From positions 630,001-662,000 of the forward strand of contig NZ_CP007536.1 of the NCBI RefSeq assembly GCF_000698785.1: DNA of 32,000 bases, in the 5' to 3' direction. Source of the stretch: Nitrososphaera viennensis EN76. GTDB taxonomy: Archaea > Thermoproteota > Nitrososphaeria > Nitrososphaerales > Nitrososphaeraceae. Each line of letters begins with the position of its first letter. Position 1 is the first letter of the stretch. The notes below the pieces were generated by a model that saw only the letters and a program-made list of their open reading frames with translations, did not search any database and was not told the DNA's origin. A program made the position numbers and the translations under genes. Below are positions 1-8,173 of the stretch, in pieces.

Positions 1-261
1 CATCAGGTCGGCCCTTCGCCAGTGAAACATGCTTATGTTTATGTAGTATTTCTTTTTCAGTATCGTGTGTTCGAGCTTGGCCCGCCTTCTCTGGATAGTT
101 GAAAGCGGGCTGTCGTACTTGCTTGCAAGAAATGTGCTCTTGACTTCGGCATCCTTTATCATTTCCTTGATTATGCCAATATCGAGGTCATCTAGCACAA
201 GTTTGTTTACCTGATCGGACTGTTGTGACACAAAATTGCGATTCTTCCCCACGTTTGACAT
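1..261 (-). CDS. Lrp/AsnC-family transcription regulator, N-terminal part only (gene continues beyond the left window edge)
   Basis: Absent from the ORF track because there is no in-window stop. Reverse-strand reading from ATG (261..259) is open to position 1 (87 codons): MSNVGKNRNFVSQQSDQVNKLVLDDLDIGIIKEMIKDAEVKSTFLASKYDSPLSTIQRRRAKLEHTILKKKYY... The LDxxDxxII ... LSTIQRRxxxLE winged-HTH pattern matches the paralog at 366..866. Confidence 0.6.
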   Translation of the reverse strand, partial: MSNVGKNRNFVSQQSDQVNKLVLDDLDIGIIKEMIKDAEVKSTFLASKYDSPLSTIQRRRAKLEHTILKKKYYINISMFHWRRADLM

Positions 262-308
262 TTTACGTCAGATGGCAAATCATTTAAATGTTTTAGTATT
301 AAATCTTT

Positions 309-325
309 GTTGTATATGATACAAC
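309..325. promoter_or_regulatory. 17-bp perfect palindrome GTTGTAT-ATG-ATACAAC, candidate Lrp/AsnC operator upstream of the 1..261 gene
   Basis: The 7-bp arms are exact reverse complements. The site lies about 20 nt upstream (minus-strand sense) of a palindromic TATA-like ATTTAAAT (282..289), which is itself about 20-25 nt from ATG 261. A second dyad, GTTGC-AATTAG-GCAAC, follows at about 340-356. Confidence 0.3.
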
Positions 326-365
326 GTGTCAACTATTTAGTTGCAATTAGGCAACAAATGCAACG

Positions 366-866
366 CTACGGCAACATGGAAATTATGTTCTTGTTGTGAA
401 CAGGAACGGCGTATACTTCTTGTGACCACGTGACGCGGTCTATGCCTTCGATATTCCATATTTTGGAGATGGTTCCAAGAACATCAGTGCTGTCACTATA
501 GACAAATTCTGCCACTATGTCAGAGGTTCCCAGGTGGACTGCGACTGAAACGATCCCATCGATTTGCGCAAGCTTTTGCGCAGCCACAGAAACGTCGCTG
601 CCTTTGATGCTCATGTGGATCATCCCCTTGTTGTAGCCGAGTTTTTTGTAGTTTGGCTCCATTTTGCTTTTGACGATGTCTTTTTCAAGTATTATCCTTG
701 TCCTGCGCTGGACCGTGCTCAATGGCACCTTCAGCTCTTTTGAGATTTGTTTATTGTCGCGCCCGGATACCAGCAGGCTGATTATCTTGAGATCTAACTC
801 GTCTATTCGCACCACAGACTTGTTATTCAGGTCACGAGTAAGGATAGTTTTGGTGTTTTTCCTCAA
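366..866 (-). CDS. Lrp/AsnC-family transcription regulator (HTH plus C-terminal RAM/ligand-binding domain)
   Basis: 166 aa with a TTG start. The HTH is LDLKIISLLVSGRDNKQISKELKVPLSTVQRRTRIILEKDIV. It is followed by a beta-alpha-beta-beta-alpha-beta-like effector domain (GMIHMSIKG...IDGIVSVAVHLGTSDIVAEFVY...). Confidence 0.85.
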   Translation of the reverse strand: MRKNTKTILTRDLNNKSVVRIDELDLKIISLLVSGRDNKQISKELKVPLSTVQRRTRIILEKDIVKSKMEPNYKKLGYNKGMIHMSIKGSDVSVAAQKLAQIDGIVSVAVHLGTSDIVAEFVYSDSTDVLGTISKIWNIEGIDRVTWSQEVYAVPVHNKNIISMLP

Positions 867-871
867 CTCCT

Positions 872-888
872 ATGGTACATAATACCAT
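872..888. promoter_or_regulatory. 17-bp palindrome ATGGTA-CATAA-TACCAT, candidate autoregulatory operator of the 366..866 Lrp gene
   Basis: Exact 6-bp inverted arms lie 6-22 nt upstream of the TTG start (866). The site sits between an A/T-rich TATA-like stretch (about 892-905) and the start codon, a position expected to overlap the transcription start. Confidence 0.3.
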
Positions 889-1010
889 CCAGATATACTT
901 ATTTGCCTAGTTCTGGACTGAAAAGTGAGTTTTAACATCAGCGACAATTGCAACCAGCGCCTTTTGCATCATCGCTTTCCGCCCCACCTAGTCCAAGGAC
1001 AAGTTTTCAG

Positions 1011-1019
1011 TTAAAATAT
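1011..1019 (+). promoter_or_regulatory. TATA-like box TTAAAATAT for the 1044 gene
   Basis: The A/T 9-mer is centred about 30 nt upstream of ATG 1044. This supports the internal ATG rather than the track start at 948. Confidence 0.35.
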
Positions 1020-1043
1020 CCCACCGTGCAAGCACCAGCATAT

Positions 1044-1604
1044 ATGGCGCAGAACAAAGTTGTGCCCCTTTTGTGCGCAGCTTTTGTCCTTGGAGCCGCG
1101 CTTGCGCTCCCGGCGGCGACTGTGGCCGCATATGCCCAGGCCACGATGAGCATCGAGACAAATGCGCCCATACTCAAGGTCAAGCCCGGCGAGAGCGCCG
1201 TCAAGAACATAATCGTGTACGGCACGGGCGCCGACAGCATGCAGGTAACGAGCATCACTTTTGGAAAGGGCAGGGAGTATTTCCGGCTCGGCAACGCGCT
1301 GCCTGTACAGGCGACCCTTGATCCCGCAACGGGCAAGCTCAAGGCCGAAGTGCCGCTAATAGTCACCCTGCCGCCAGAAATACGAAGGGACGCCGAGTAC
1401 CCCTTTACCGTCACCGCCACGTCCGGCCAGAAAAGCGTGCAGGCAGAATCGCACGCCCTTGTCGTGGTCGTGACCACGGAAAAGCCAGCTGACCCCATGT
1501 CAGACGCGATGGTTACGGTCATGTATATAGTGGTCGCCGCAGGCGGCGTGGTATCAATCATCGTCTACAAGAGAATAGCGTCAAAGACAAAGAAAAAATC
1601 ATAG
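1044..1604 (+). CDS. Secreted/surface-anchored Ig-like (CARDB/NEW3-like) protein with signal peptide and C-terminal TM anchor
   Basis: The start was moved from 948 to ATG 1044. MAQNKVVPLLCAAFVLGAALALPAATVAAYAQA reads as a signal peptide. The body shows KPGESAV...V..TG...V pattern typical of archaeal surface Ig folds. The C-terminus is a hydrophobic helix (VMYIVVAAGGVVSIIVY) followed by KRIASKTKKKS. Confidence 0.65.
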   Translation: MAQNKVVPLLCAAFVLGAALALPAATVAAYAQATMSIETNAPILKVKPGESAVKNIIVYGTGADSMQVTSITFGKGREYFRLGNALPVQATLDPATGKLKAEVPLIVTLPPEIRRDAEYPFTVTATSGQKSVQAESHALVVVVTTEKPADPMSDAMVTVMYIVVAAGGVVSIIVYKRIASKTKKKS

Positions 1605-1644
1605 CGTACAAATACGCCCGCGCGTACACAACTGCCCGGGTCTC

Positions 1645-2133
1645 ATGGGCAAGGAAGAAAAGATCAAGTGGAAGGTAGAGTACGACTATGCGTATTACAA
1701 GGTCTACGACAACAAGGGGGCGCTTGCCGGCTATTTTTTCCCTCATTATAACAAGGGCGCAGACTCGGAAGACGAGGAAAACGACGAGGCCATAGAGAAG
1801 ATGAACAAGAATCATGAGCAGGTCTCGCAGGGCACGCTCCTTGTCCCGATGGCCAAGCTCGACCTCCTCGACCACGACGAGGGCATCGACATCGACTATG
1901 CGATCGCGTCGCTTGACGCAAACCTTGTCCAGACGAAATTCTGGAAGGACTGGCTTGCCAAGAACGCAAAGGGGCTGTCGCTTTACGGTGCAAGGGTCTA
2001 CACGGCAAGGGAGGACCGCAACATGCTGTCAGTGGCAATCGGCACCGCAGGCAACATCACGCTTGGCGAAAAGGAGGTCAGGGAGTTTCTTACCCCGCTT
2101 CTTGACAGGTTGCACGAGGACGGCCTGCTCTAG
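1645..2133 (+). CDS. Hypothetical protein (162 aa, acidic, no recognisable motif)
   Basis: An ATG-initiated ORF with codon usage like its neighbours, 40 nt after the preceding stop on the same strand. The antisense ORFs over it are Arg/Pro/Ser-rich shadows. Confidence 0.55.
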   Translation: MGKEEKIKWKVEYDYAYYKVYDNKGALAGYFFPHYNKGADSEDEENDEAIEKMNKNHEQVSQGTLLVPMAKLDLLDHDEGIDIDYAIASLDANLVQTKFWKDWLAKNAKGLSLYGARVYTAREDRNMLSVAIGTAGNITLGEKEVREFLTPLLDRLHEDGLL

Positions 2134-2169
2134 GTTATATAGGGTCTTCAGGAAGAATGGATATCATCC

Positions 2170-3150
2170 ATGAAGGCCCAGTTTGCGCATCACCTCGTCT
2201 GCCTGCAGCACAACGACAAGCAGATCAGGCTGGCACTTGAGTCACTTGCCACCGACAGCAATAACGAGAACGAGTGCACCGAGGGCTTTTTAAAGTGCCC
2301 CGAGTGCGGCGCCCTCTACCCCGTCATCCAGGGCGTGGCAATCGTGGTCAGGGATTTTGCTTCATACGCTGCGGCAAGGTCGCAGACGTACGGCCGGTGG
2401 CTCCTTGGCGCCGGCGCCAAGGAGATGAAGGAATTCCTGAAGGAAAAAGGGTCAAAGCTGTCGCCTGACACCGCAAACGACAGGTACGAGGAGGGAGGGA
2501 GCTGGTTCGTCCCGTACAGGTGGACCCAGTACGAGCACACAGAGGAAGACCGCTTTATACAGCACATGAGGTGGCGCCTGCGCCCAAACGAGGTGTACAA
2601 CAGGGTGGTGCACGGCATAAACCCCGACATGGACGGGGTTGCACTTGACATGGCGTGCTCTATGGGCTACAGCACGCTACTTCTTGCGCAAAAGTACGCT
2701 TTTGCCATAGGCATCGACCTGTCGTTTTCTTTCATCAGAGAGGCGCGCAAAAAGATGCAGGAGAAAAAACTTGGGAACGTCGAGTTTTGCGTCGCAGACT
2801 CGCTTGCCCCGCCGTTTCACCCAAACAAGTTCGACCTCGTGCTTGCGATAAACCTGCTGGAGCTTGTCGACGCTGAAAAGCTCCTTGCGTCGATACACAG
2901 GATGCTAAAGCCGCACGCAAGCACTATCATCGCCGATCCGTACGACTACAACCGCGACCCGCCTCCGAAAAAATCGTACGACGGTCAGTCCTTCCGCAGG
3001 CTTGTAGAGGACTCGGGCTTTGAGATATTCGAGAAGAGCAGCAAGAACGAGTCGTACATACCGTGGGTGCTCAAGGTGAACGAGCGCGCGTACCTCTACT
3101 ACTTTGTGGATTATTTGAAGGCGCAAAAGAGGTCAAAGGAAAAGTTCTGA
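2170..3150 (+). CDS. Class I SAM-dependent methyltransferase with N-terminal Trm112-like zinc-ribbon
   Basis: The N-terminus [20 protein letters not shown] is the Trm112/zinc-ribbon YP..dGIp pattern. The core [12 protein letters not shown]...IGIDLS...[26 protein letters not shown] gives SAM-MT motifs I to post-II. A TATA-like GTTATATAG lies at 2134..2142. Confidence 0.85.
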
Positions 3151-3162
3151 CAGGAATTCGCA

Positions 3163-3645
3163 ATGCCTAATAGCAAGACGGCCCGATCAGGAATTACGAA
3201 AAAATCCCACACAATAATTGTCATCGCAACTGCAGCGGTTGCGGTGCTCGCTGCTTTTCTGGCATTAGACACGAAGGGCAATGTAACAAGTGAAGAATTG
3301 TCGGCCTATGCATGGCAGATGCGGTCGTTCAGCCCTGACGGGCGCGACAAGGTGGACGTGTCGAGCCACAGGTTTTTCCTTTCCATCAATGCGACACAGA
3401 TTGGTGGAAAAATATGCAACGGGTTTGTAGGAAACGTACAATATGTCAACCCGTCAACTATCAAAGGCCAGCAAGTATTCTTTACCGACATGGGATGCGG
3501 AGGCCAAGGATCTCTGATAATGAGCATTGAAAAAGCGCTTCAAGACGGTCTGGGTAACGGCATGGCAATGTCAGAAAACGGCAACACCCTCACACTAAGA
3601 GACATGGTCACAAATGCCACGTTCACGTACGGAAAGCCTCAGTAG
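3163..3645 (+). CDS. Membrane-anchored META-domain (HslJ-like) protein
   Basis: An N-terminal TM anchor (IIVIATAAVAVLAAFLAL) is followed by W.M.S...INATQIGGKICNGFVGNVQY...FTDMGCGG...L.NGNTLTL. This parallels the META pattern G.aGCN.f.G.Y ... T.maC ... g..L.L. It starts 12 nt after the methyltransferase stop. Confidence 0.6.
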   Translation: MPNSKTARSGITKKSHTIIVIATAAVAVLAAFLALDTKGNVTSEELSAYAWQMRSFSPDGRDKVDVSSHRFFLSINATQIGGKICNGFVGNVQYVNPSTIKGQQVFFTDMGCGGQGSLIMSIEKALQDGLGNGMAMSENGNTLTLRDMVTNATFTYGKPQ

Positions 3646-3687
3646 TGACCCGATCGGTTTAATAGCACGGCCTCTTTAACGGCGGTC

Positions 3688-3939
3688 ATGCCAACTGCAT
3701 ACGTGCTCATCAACTGCGATCTGGGTTCCGAGGACGAGATAATAAGGGAACTGAAAAAGATGCCGGGGACGGTAGAGGTAAGCGGCGTCTATGGCGTCTA
3801 CGACATCATTGCAAAAGTCAGTTCCGACAGCATGGAAAAGCTCAGGGAGACCATCACCTGGCACGTCCGAAAGATAGACAAGGTGCGCTCCACCCTGACC
3901 ATGATAGTGATAGAGGGCCAGGGCGAGAAGAAAAAGTAG
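3688..3939 (+). CDS. Stand-alone Lrp/AsnC effector (RAM) domain protein, no HTH
   Basis: 83 aa: AYVLINCDLGSEDEIIRELKKMPGTVEVSGVYGVYDIIAKVSSDSMEKLRETI...IDKVRSTLTMIVI. This is the AsnC_trans_reg fold pattern. A TATA-like TTTAATAG (3658..3665) lies about 27 nt upstream. Confidence 0.75.
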   Translation: MPTAYVLINCDLGSEDEIIRELKKMPGTVEVSGVYGVYDIIAKVSSDSMEKLRETITWHVRKIDKVRSTLTMIVIEGQGEKKK

Positions 3940-3987
3940 TAGCAGCAGGCCAAGTTTTTATTATCTCTTGACTTCTTTTTTGTTTCA

Positions 3988-4902
3988 TTGAACTCTATAG
4001 AGGCAATGGCGCAGGATGTCAGGCGCCAGCTTGACGACCTCCCCCGACTTGTACTGCCTGCGCCTGCTGCAGAAAGCGTTGTCGCCTTTGTAGGGTCCGG
4101 CGACTCGTACGCCGCGGCGCTTGCGGCCTGCCACCTTTCATCAGGGCGCGCCACGTGCTGGCACCCCACAGACGTTATTTCCGACCCCTCGCTGCTTGTG
4201 GGCCGCAGCGCGTATTTCGTTTCAATATCAGGCAGGACTCGCGCCAACATCCTGGCTGCAAGTGCCGCAAGAAAAGCAGGCGTCGCGACTGTTGCGATAA
4301 CGGCCGACAAAAAAAGCCCGCTTGCAATGGCCTGCGACGGCGTTTTTGAACTTGGCTTCAAGAGGGCGGGCAGGACGTCCGGTACAATCGGTTTTGCCGC
4401 AAGCGCGCTTGCCTGCATGCACCTTGCCACGCAGGGCAGGACAGGCTGCCCGGCAGACCTGAAAGAGATCTATGCCAAAGCGTCAAAGGCAGCTGGCAGG
4501 CTTGCAGGCAAGGTACGCACAGGCCCTACAATCATTATTCTGGGCGACTCGTTTCTGTTCCCTGCAGCGATGTACGGCGCGCTGAAGTTCAATGAAGTGT
4601 TTGGCTCCAGGGCGCAGGCATATCCGCTTGAAGAATTCTTTCACGCCCCGCTTTTTGGGCTCAAGCGCGGCGACCAGATCCTTGTTCTTGGCACAAAAAG
4701 TGACGATGATGCAGCCCTTGCAAGGCGCGTCAAGGGGTTGTTTGTCGACTGCAGCATGCCGGCGCCTGTCGAGTCGCTGTTTTACGCCGTGTTTTTCGTA
4801 CAGCACCTTGCGCTTGCAATTGCAAAAAGGAAAAAATTGAAAGAATGCTATTTTGTGCGCAACAAGAAACTGTTGAAAACGAGTTCCGACGTCATTTACT
4901 GA
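3988..4902 (+). CDS. SIS-domain sugar-phosphate isomerase/binding protein (double SIS, GlmS/AgaS-like)
   Basis: VAFVGSGDSYAAALAACHL ... YFVSISGRTRANILAASAARKAGVATVAITA is the SIS phosphosugar-binding pattern. A second SIS-like half follows (IIILGDSFLFPAAMYGALKFNE). The start is ambiguous between TTG 3988 and in-frame ATG 4006. Confidence 0.75.
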   Translation: MNSIEAMAQDVRRQLDDLPRLVLPAPAAESVVAFVGSGDSYAAALAACHLSSGRATCWHPTDVISDPSLLVGRSAYFVSISGRTRANILAASAARKAGVATVAITADKKSPLAMACDGVFELGFKRAGRTSGTIGFAASALACMHLATQGRTGCPADLKEIYAKASKAAGRLAGKVRTGPTIIILGDSFLFPAAMYGALKFNEVFGSRAQAYPLEEFFHAPLFGLKRGDQILVLGTKSDDDAALARRVKGLFVDCSMPAPVESLFYAVFFVQHLALAIAKRKKLKECYFVRNKKLLKTSSDVIY

Positions 4903-5702
4903 CTGACCGGCAGGTCCGGCCTGTTGCCCCATTCGCCCCACGAGCCGAGGTACATCCTGACGTTCTTGTAGCCGAGCATCTTTAGCACGACAAAGCTGTT
5001 TGCCGCCCTGTAGCCTCCCTGGCAGTAGGTTATCACCTCCGCATCCTTGGGGATTTTTTCGTACATCTTTGCCAGATCATCCCTGCCCTTGAAGGTCGAG
5101 TCTTCTTTTTTGATGTTGTCGTTCCAGTCGATGTTTACCGCCTTTGGTATGTGGCCCGCGCGTGCGGCCCTGACTGCCGACCCATCAAACTCTTCTTTTG
5201 AACGCGCGTCAAGAACTATTGCCTTGTTTTTCTTTATCGCGGATTTTATCGTGTCATAGCCGGCGAGGATCTTCGGGTCCGGCCTGCCCTCAAATTTAGA
5301 ATGCACAAACGGGTTTGTCTTTGTCTCTACAGGCAGCCCTTTTGCCTTCCATGCCGCAAGACCGCCGTCAAGCATCGCCACCTTGCTGTGTGAGAAGTAG
5401 AGCAGGAGCCACACGCCCCTTGCCGCCGATGGCCCTGAGACATCGTCATAGAAAACCACGAACCTGTCCTTTGAAACGCCAATGTTTGACAGCAATATTT
5501 TTGTCTGCTTGTTGAACTGCCTGATGCCTTCTCTTGATGTGTCTATCCAGTGGAACTGCATGAGGTCGATGTTCACCGCGCCCGGCACATGGCCCTCAGC
5601 ATAGTCGGAAAACGGCCTTGCGTCCACGACAAGCAGGCTCTTGCTGTCCTTTTTTCTTGCTGCAATGCGGGCGTCCAGTTCCTCAGGGGATATGACGAGC
5701 AT
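4896..5702 (-). CDS. Tandem-rhodanese sulfurtransferase (thiosulfate/3-mercaptopyruvate sulfurtransferase family)
   Basis: There are two rhodanese repeats. The second carries the active-site loop YCQGGYRAANS, and GHVPGAVNI / GHIPKAVNI motifs are present. The track start TTG 5723 lies only 3 nt from the TATA-like element. ATG 5702 (MLVISPEELD...) sits about 27 nt from it and is preferred. Confidence 0.85.
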   Translation of the reverse strand: MLVISPEELDARIAARKKDSKSLLVVDARPFSDYAEGHVPGAVNIDLMQFHWIDTSREGIRQFNKQTKILLSNIGVSKDRFVVFYDDVSGPSAARGVWLLLYFSHSKVAMLDGGLAAWKAKGLPVETKTNPFVHSKFEGRPDPKILAGYDTIKSAIKKNKAIVLDARSKEEFDGSAVRAARAGHIPKAVNIDWNDNIKKEDSTFKGRDDLAKMYEKIPKDAEVITYCQGGYRAANSFVVLKMLGYKNVRMYLGSWGEWGNRPDLPVSQ

Positions 5703-5725
5703 CACTGCAAAGTTTTTGTACAATG

Positions 5726-5738
5726 TTAATATTTATTT
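5726..5738. promoter_or_regulatory. Shared A/T-rich TATA-like element TTAATATTTATTT between divergent rhodanese and mntR-like genes
   Basis: This is the only A/T block in the 5703..5771 divergent intergenic region. It is about 27 nt from ATG 5702 on the minus strand and about 27 nt from the 5758..5770 palindrome on the plus strand. Confidence 0.35.
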
Positions 5739-5757
5739 CCGTGGGCATGACCCCTAT

Positions 5758-5770
5758 GTGGAGCCTCCAC
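5758..5770. promoter_or_regulatory. 13-bp perfect palindrome GTGGAG-C-CTCCAC, candidate operator at the predicted mntR-like transcription start
   Basis: Exact inverted arms lie immediately upstream of TTG 5772 and about 25-30 nt downstream of the TATA-like element. Confidence 0.3.
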
Positions 5771-5771
5771 G

Positions 5772-6230
5772 TTGGCTAGAAAAAAGACGGATCAAAAAGG
5801 CGACCGCCTAGAATCCATCCGCGACGCGCACAACGCGGAAAAGATGGCAAGGACGACCCGCATGGAGGACTACCTCGAAGTGATATACGAGCTTATCCAG
5901 CACAAGGGCTACGCGACCACGGTCGACATCTCTGACTACCTCAACGTCAGCTCGCCAAGCGTCACAAAGATGCTCCAGCGCCTGAGCGAGAGCGGCCACG
6001 TCAACTACGAGAAATACCGCGGCATAACGCTGACTGAAGCCGGCGTGGCAGTCGCCAAGAGCATGCACGACAGGCACGGCGTGCTTGCAGAATTCCTGAT
6101 GATGATCGGAGTGGACGAGGATACTGCCAACCGCGACGCGGAAGGCATCGAGCACCACCTGCACCCGGAGACCCTCAGGAAGCTGGAGGAGTTTGTCAAG
6201 CTGGCCAAGAGCCATGGGCTTTTCCGCTAG
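5772..6230 (+). CDS. mntR: DtxR-family metal-dependent repressor, MntR-type (no C-terminal SH3-like domain)
   Basis: RMEDYLEVIYELIQHKGYATTVDISDYLNVSSPSVTKMLQRLSESGHVNYEKYRGITLTEAG...RHGVLAEFLMMIGVDEDTANRDAEGIEHHLHPE aligns by eye with Bacillus subtilis MntR as recalled. The Asp/Glu of MEDY..E, the His of RH and the E..EH cluster are conserved. The conserved core begins at ATG 5844 (MARTTRMEDY). TTG 5772 would add 24 charged residues, so the start is uncertain. Confidence 0.85.
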   Translation: MARKKTDQKGDRLESIRDAHNAEKMARTTRMEDYLEVIYELIQHKGYATTVDISDYLNVSSPSVTKMLQRLSESGHVNYEKYRGITLTEAGVAVAKSMHDRHGVLAEFLMMIGVDEDTANRDAEGIEHHLHPETLRKLEEFVKLAKSHGLFR

Positions 6231-6234
6231 TGCC

Positions 6235-8055
6235 CTAGCGCTTGCTCAGAAACATCCGCATTTCCTGGCCGGAGACAATCGCGTTGAACACCTGCTTGCC
6301 GGCATCCGACCGCTTGTCTATTTTGACCCGCGCCTTTTTGCCCACCTGGCTGCTCATGATGTATTCGTCGTCGATGTAGAGGTCTACGGCGCGCCCTATC
6401 ACTCCCTCGTCGACCAGCAGGGTTATCGCAGAGCCGGACTCGCTCACCTCGAAGGGGACCTCTTTTCCGAGGGTTGGCGTCTTGACCTCGACGTCGATGT
6501 GTACGCCAAGCTCCTCCTCCAGCTCGTTTATTGTTGAACCGCCCCTGCCGATTATCTTGGGCGCGGCCTCCTTGCTGACCTTGACCTGCACCCTGTTTTC
6601 CGACAGTATGTTGACCTCGGCCCGGGGGTCGAACCGGCGCACCACGTCCATTATCTTTGACTGCGCCAGCTTCTTTATTCCCGACTCGTCAGAAACGCCC
6701 TTGGCCTTTGACAGGGGAACCACGACGTTTTCCTCGCCGTAGGTGTAGATCTCGTACTCGACTGCGCCCGACTCGAAGTCGCGCACCTCGACAAGCGGCC
6801 TTGCAAGGTCGGCTTCGGTCATGCCGCTTGGCACCTTGACTGTCAGGCTCAGCTCGTAGACCTTGTCTATTCTGCCCTCCCTGACAAAGATGATGGTGTC
6901 AAGTATGTGCGGTATCATGCCCAGCTCCACCTTGCCCATGAACCGCTGGACAGCGTCAAGCGGGCTCGAGGCGTGCACTACCCCGACCATCCCCACGCCG
7001 GCAAGGCGCATGTCTGCAAACACGTCAAAGTCCTGCGCCCTGCGCACCTCGTCGTAGATCGTGTAATCAGGCCGGACGAGGAGCAGGATGTCCACTGCCT
7101 TTTCAAAACTTCCCTCAAGGGGCCCGTACTGCGTCACCTCCTCCGGCACCTGCAGGTCGCGTGGAGACTCGAACGTCTTGACTATCTTGCCCTTTTGCAC
7201 GTAAAACTCTGCCAGGCTGCTTGCAAGCGTCGACTTGCCAGAGCCGGGCGGGCCGGCGATTATGATGCCCTCGGCCTTGCCGGACAGCCTCTCCATCAGC
7301 TTCTCGCTTGCATGGTAGTCTGCAAGCGCAAGCCGCACTGTCGGCCTCACTATGGTCACTTCAAGGCCGTCAGAGAACGGCGGCCGGGTTATCGCTATCC
7401 TGTAAAGGCCGAACTGGATCACGGTCGCGCCGCTTCTGCTTATCTCGACAGTGCCGGTGCCGCTCACCCTGCTTGCCTCCGATATCTCTTTTACCATCTC
7501 GTTCAGCTGCCCGTACGTGCTTTTGTCAGACCCCACCTGTACGAGTTGAAAGTTGCCCGGCTTGCCCCTCTTGGCCATTGGCACGACGTTTTCCTTGAGG
7601 TGCACGCTCATGGTCGATTCGTCAAAGAACTTTTCAAACGCAAGGTCGGCTGTCTTTGTAGGCGCCCGTATGTGGCGCGACTTTATGCCCTGAGCCTCTG
7701 CGACCAGGGCCTGCACGTAATCCGCGGTGAGGAGCGTCGCAGACTCGTTCATCGCCACGTCCTTTATTATGGCGTCTATCCTGCCGTGCTTGGCAAGCCG
7801 GATGTCGTTTATGTCCGGCCGTGCGCCGGAGAACCTCACGGTTATGTCGCGCGCAGAAGCAAGCTCGCGCATCTTCTTTATCTCGGCAAGGCCAACAAAG
7901 CCGTGCTCCTTGTTGGTGGACGCCTGCGCCTGCAGTTCGTCAAGGACTGCAAGCGGGATTATTATCTCGCTCTTGCCCTCAATGTCGCCGGCCTCCAGCA
8001 TCTTTGTTATCTCGCCGTCGATTATTATGCTCGTGTCAAGTACAAATTTTGCCAA
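6235..8055 (-). CDS. PIN domain - PilT-like ATPase - KH domain protein (COG1855-type archaeal ATPase)
   Basis: The N-terminus is PIN-like (FVLDTSIIIDGEI...). The Walker A motif is IIIAGPPGSGKSTLASSL, followed by Walker B/PilT-like YDEVR. The C-terminal KH motif is KIIGRGGSTINELEEELGV. The TTG start has a TATA-like ATTTAAAAA (8078..8086) about 27 nt upstream. Confidence 0.9.
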   Translation of the reverse strand: MAKFVLDTSIIIDGEITKMLEAGDIEGKSEIIIPLAVLDELQAQASTNKEHGFVGLAEIKKMRELASARDITVRFSGARPDINDIRLAKHGRIDAIIKDVAMNESATLLTADYVQALVAEAQGIKSRHIRAPTKTADLAFEKFFDESTMSVHLKENVVPMAKRGKPGNFQLVQVGSDKSTYGQLNEMVKEISEASRVSGTGTVEISRSGATVIQFGLYRIAITRPPFSDGLEVTIVRPTVRLALADYHASEKLMERLSGKAEGIIIAGPPGSGKSTLASSLAEFYVQKGKIVKTFESPRDLQVPEEVTQYGPLEGSFEKAVDILLLVRPDYTIYDEVRRAQDFDVFADMRLAGVGMVGVVHASSPLDAVQRFMGKVELGMIPHILDTIIFVREGRIDKVYELSLTVKVPSGMTEADLARPLVEVRDFESGAVEYEIYTYGEENVVVPLSKAKGVSDESGIKKLAQSKIMDVVRRFDPRAEVNILSENRVQVKVSKEAAPKIIGRGGSTINELEEELGVHIDVEVKTPTLGKEVPFEVSESGSAITLLVDEGVIGRAVDLYIDDEYIMSSQVGKKARVKIDKRSDAGKQVFNAIVSGQEMRMFLSKR

Positions 8056-8142
8056 CGTGGTTCCTCTCGATGGAGGGATTTAAAAAGACTGCCGACAGTG
8101 ACTTGATATCATAAAAATTGTACATAGGGATAATAACAAAGA

Positions 8143-8150
8143 ATTTAAGA
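8143..8150 (+). promoter_or_regulatory. TATA-like box ATTTAAGA for the P-II gene
   Basis: It is centred about 28 nt upstream of ATG 8174. Confidence 0.35.
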
Positions 8151-8173
8151 ATGTGCAAGCATAGGCCTCTAGA

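Noticed and set aside
948-1043. 32-codon N-terminal extension of the surface protein ORF
   Set aside because: It has a non-ATG start and a Pro/Ser-rich sequence that contains the TATA-like box (1011..1019). ATG 1044 yields a canonical signal peptide.
6907-8106. 399-aa plus-strand ORF, the longest alternative ORF in the window
   Set aside because: It is entirely antisense to the PIN-ATPase-KH gene, whose Walker A, PIN and KH motifs are unambiguous. Its translation is Arg/His/Leu/Ala-rich and low-complexity with no motif. This is a typical shadow ORF of GC-rich coding sequence.
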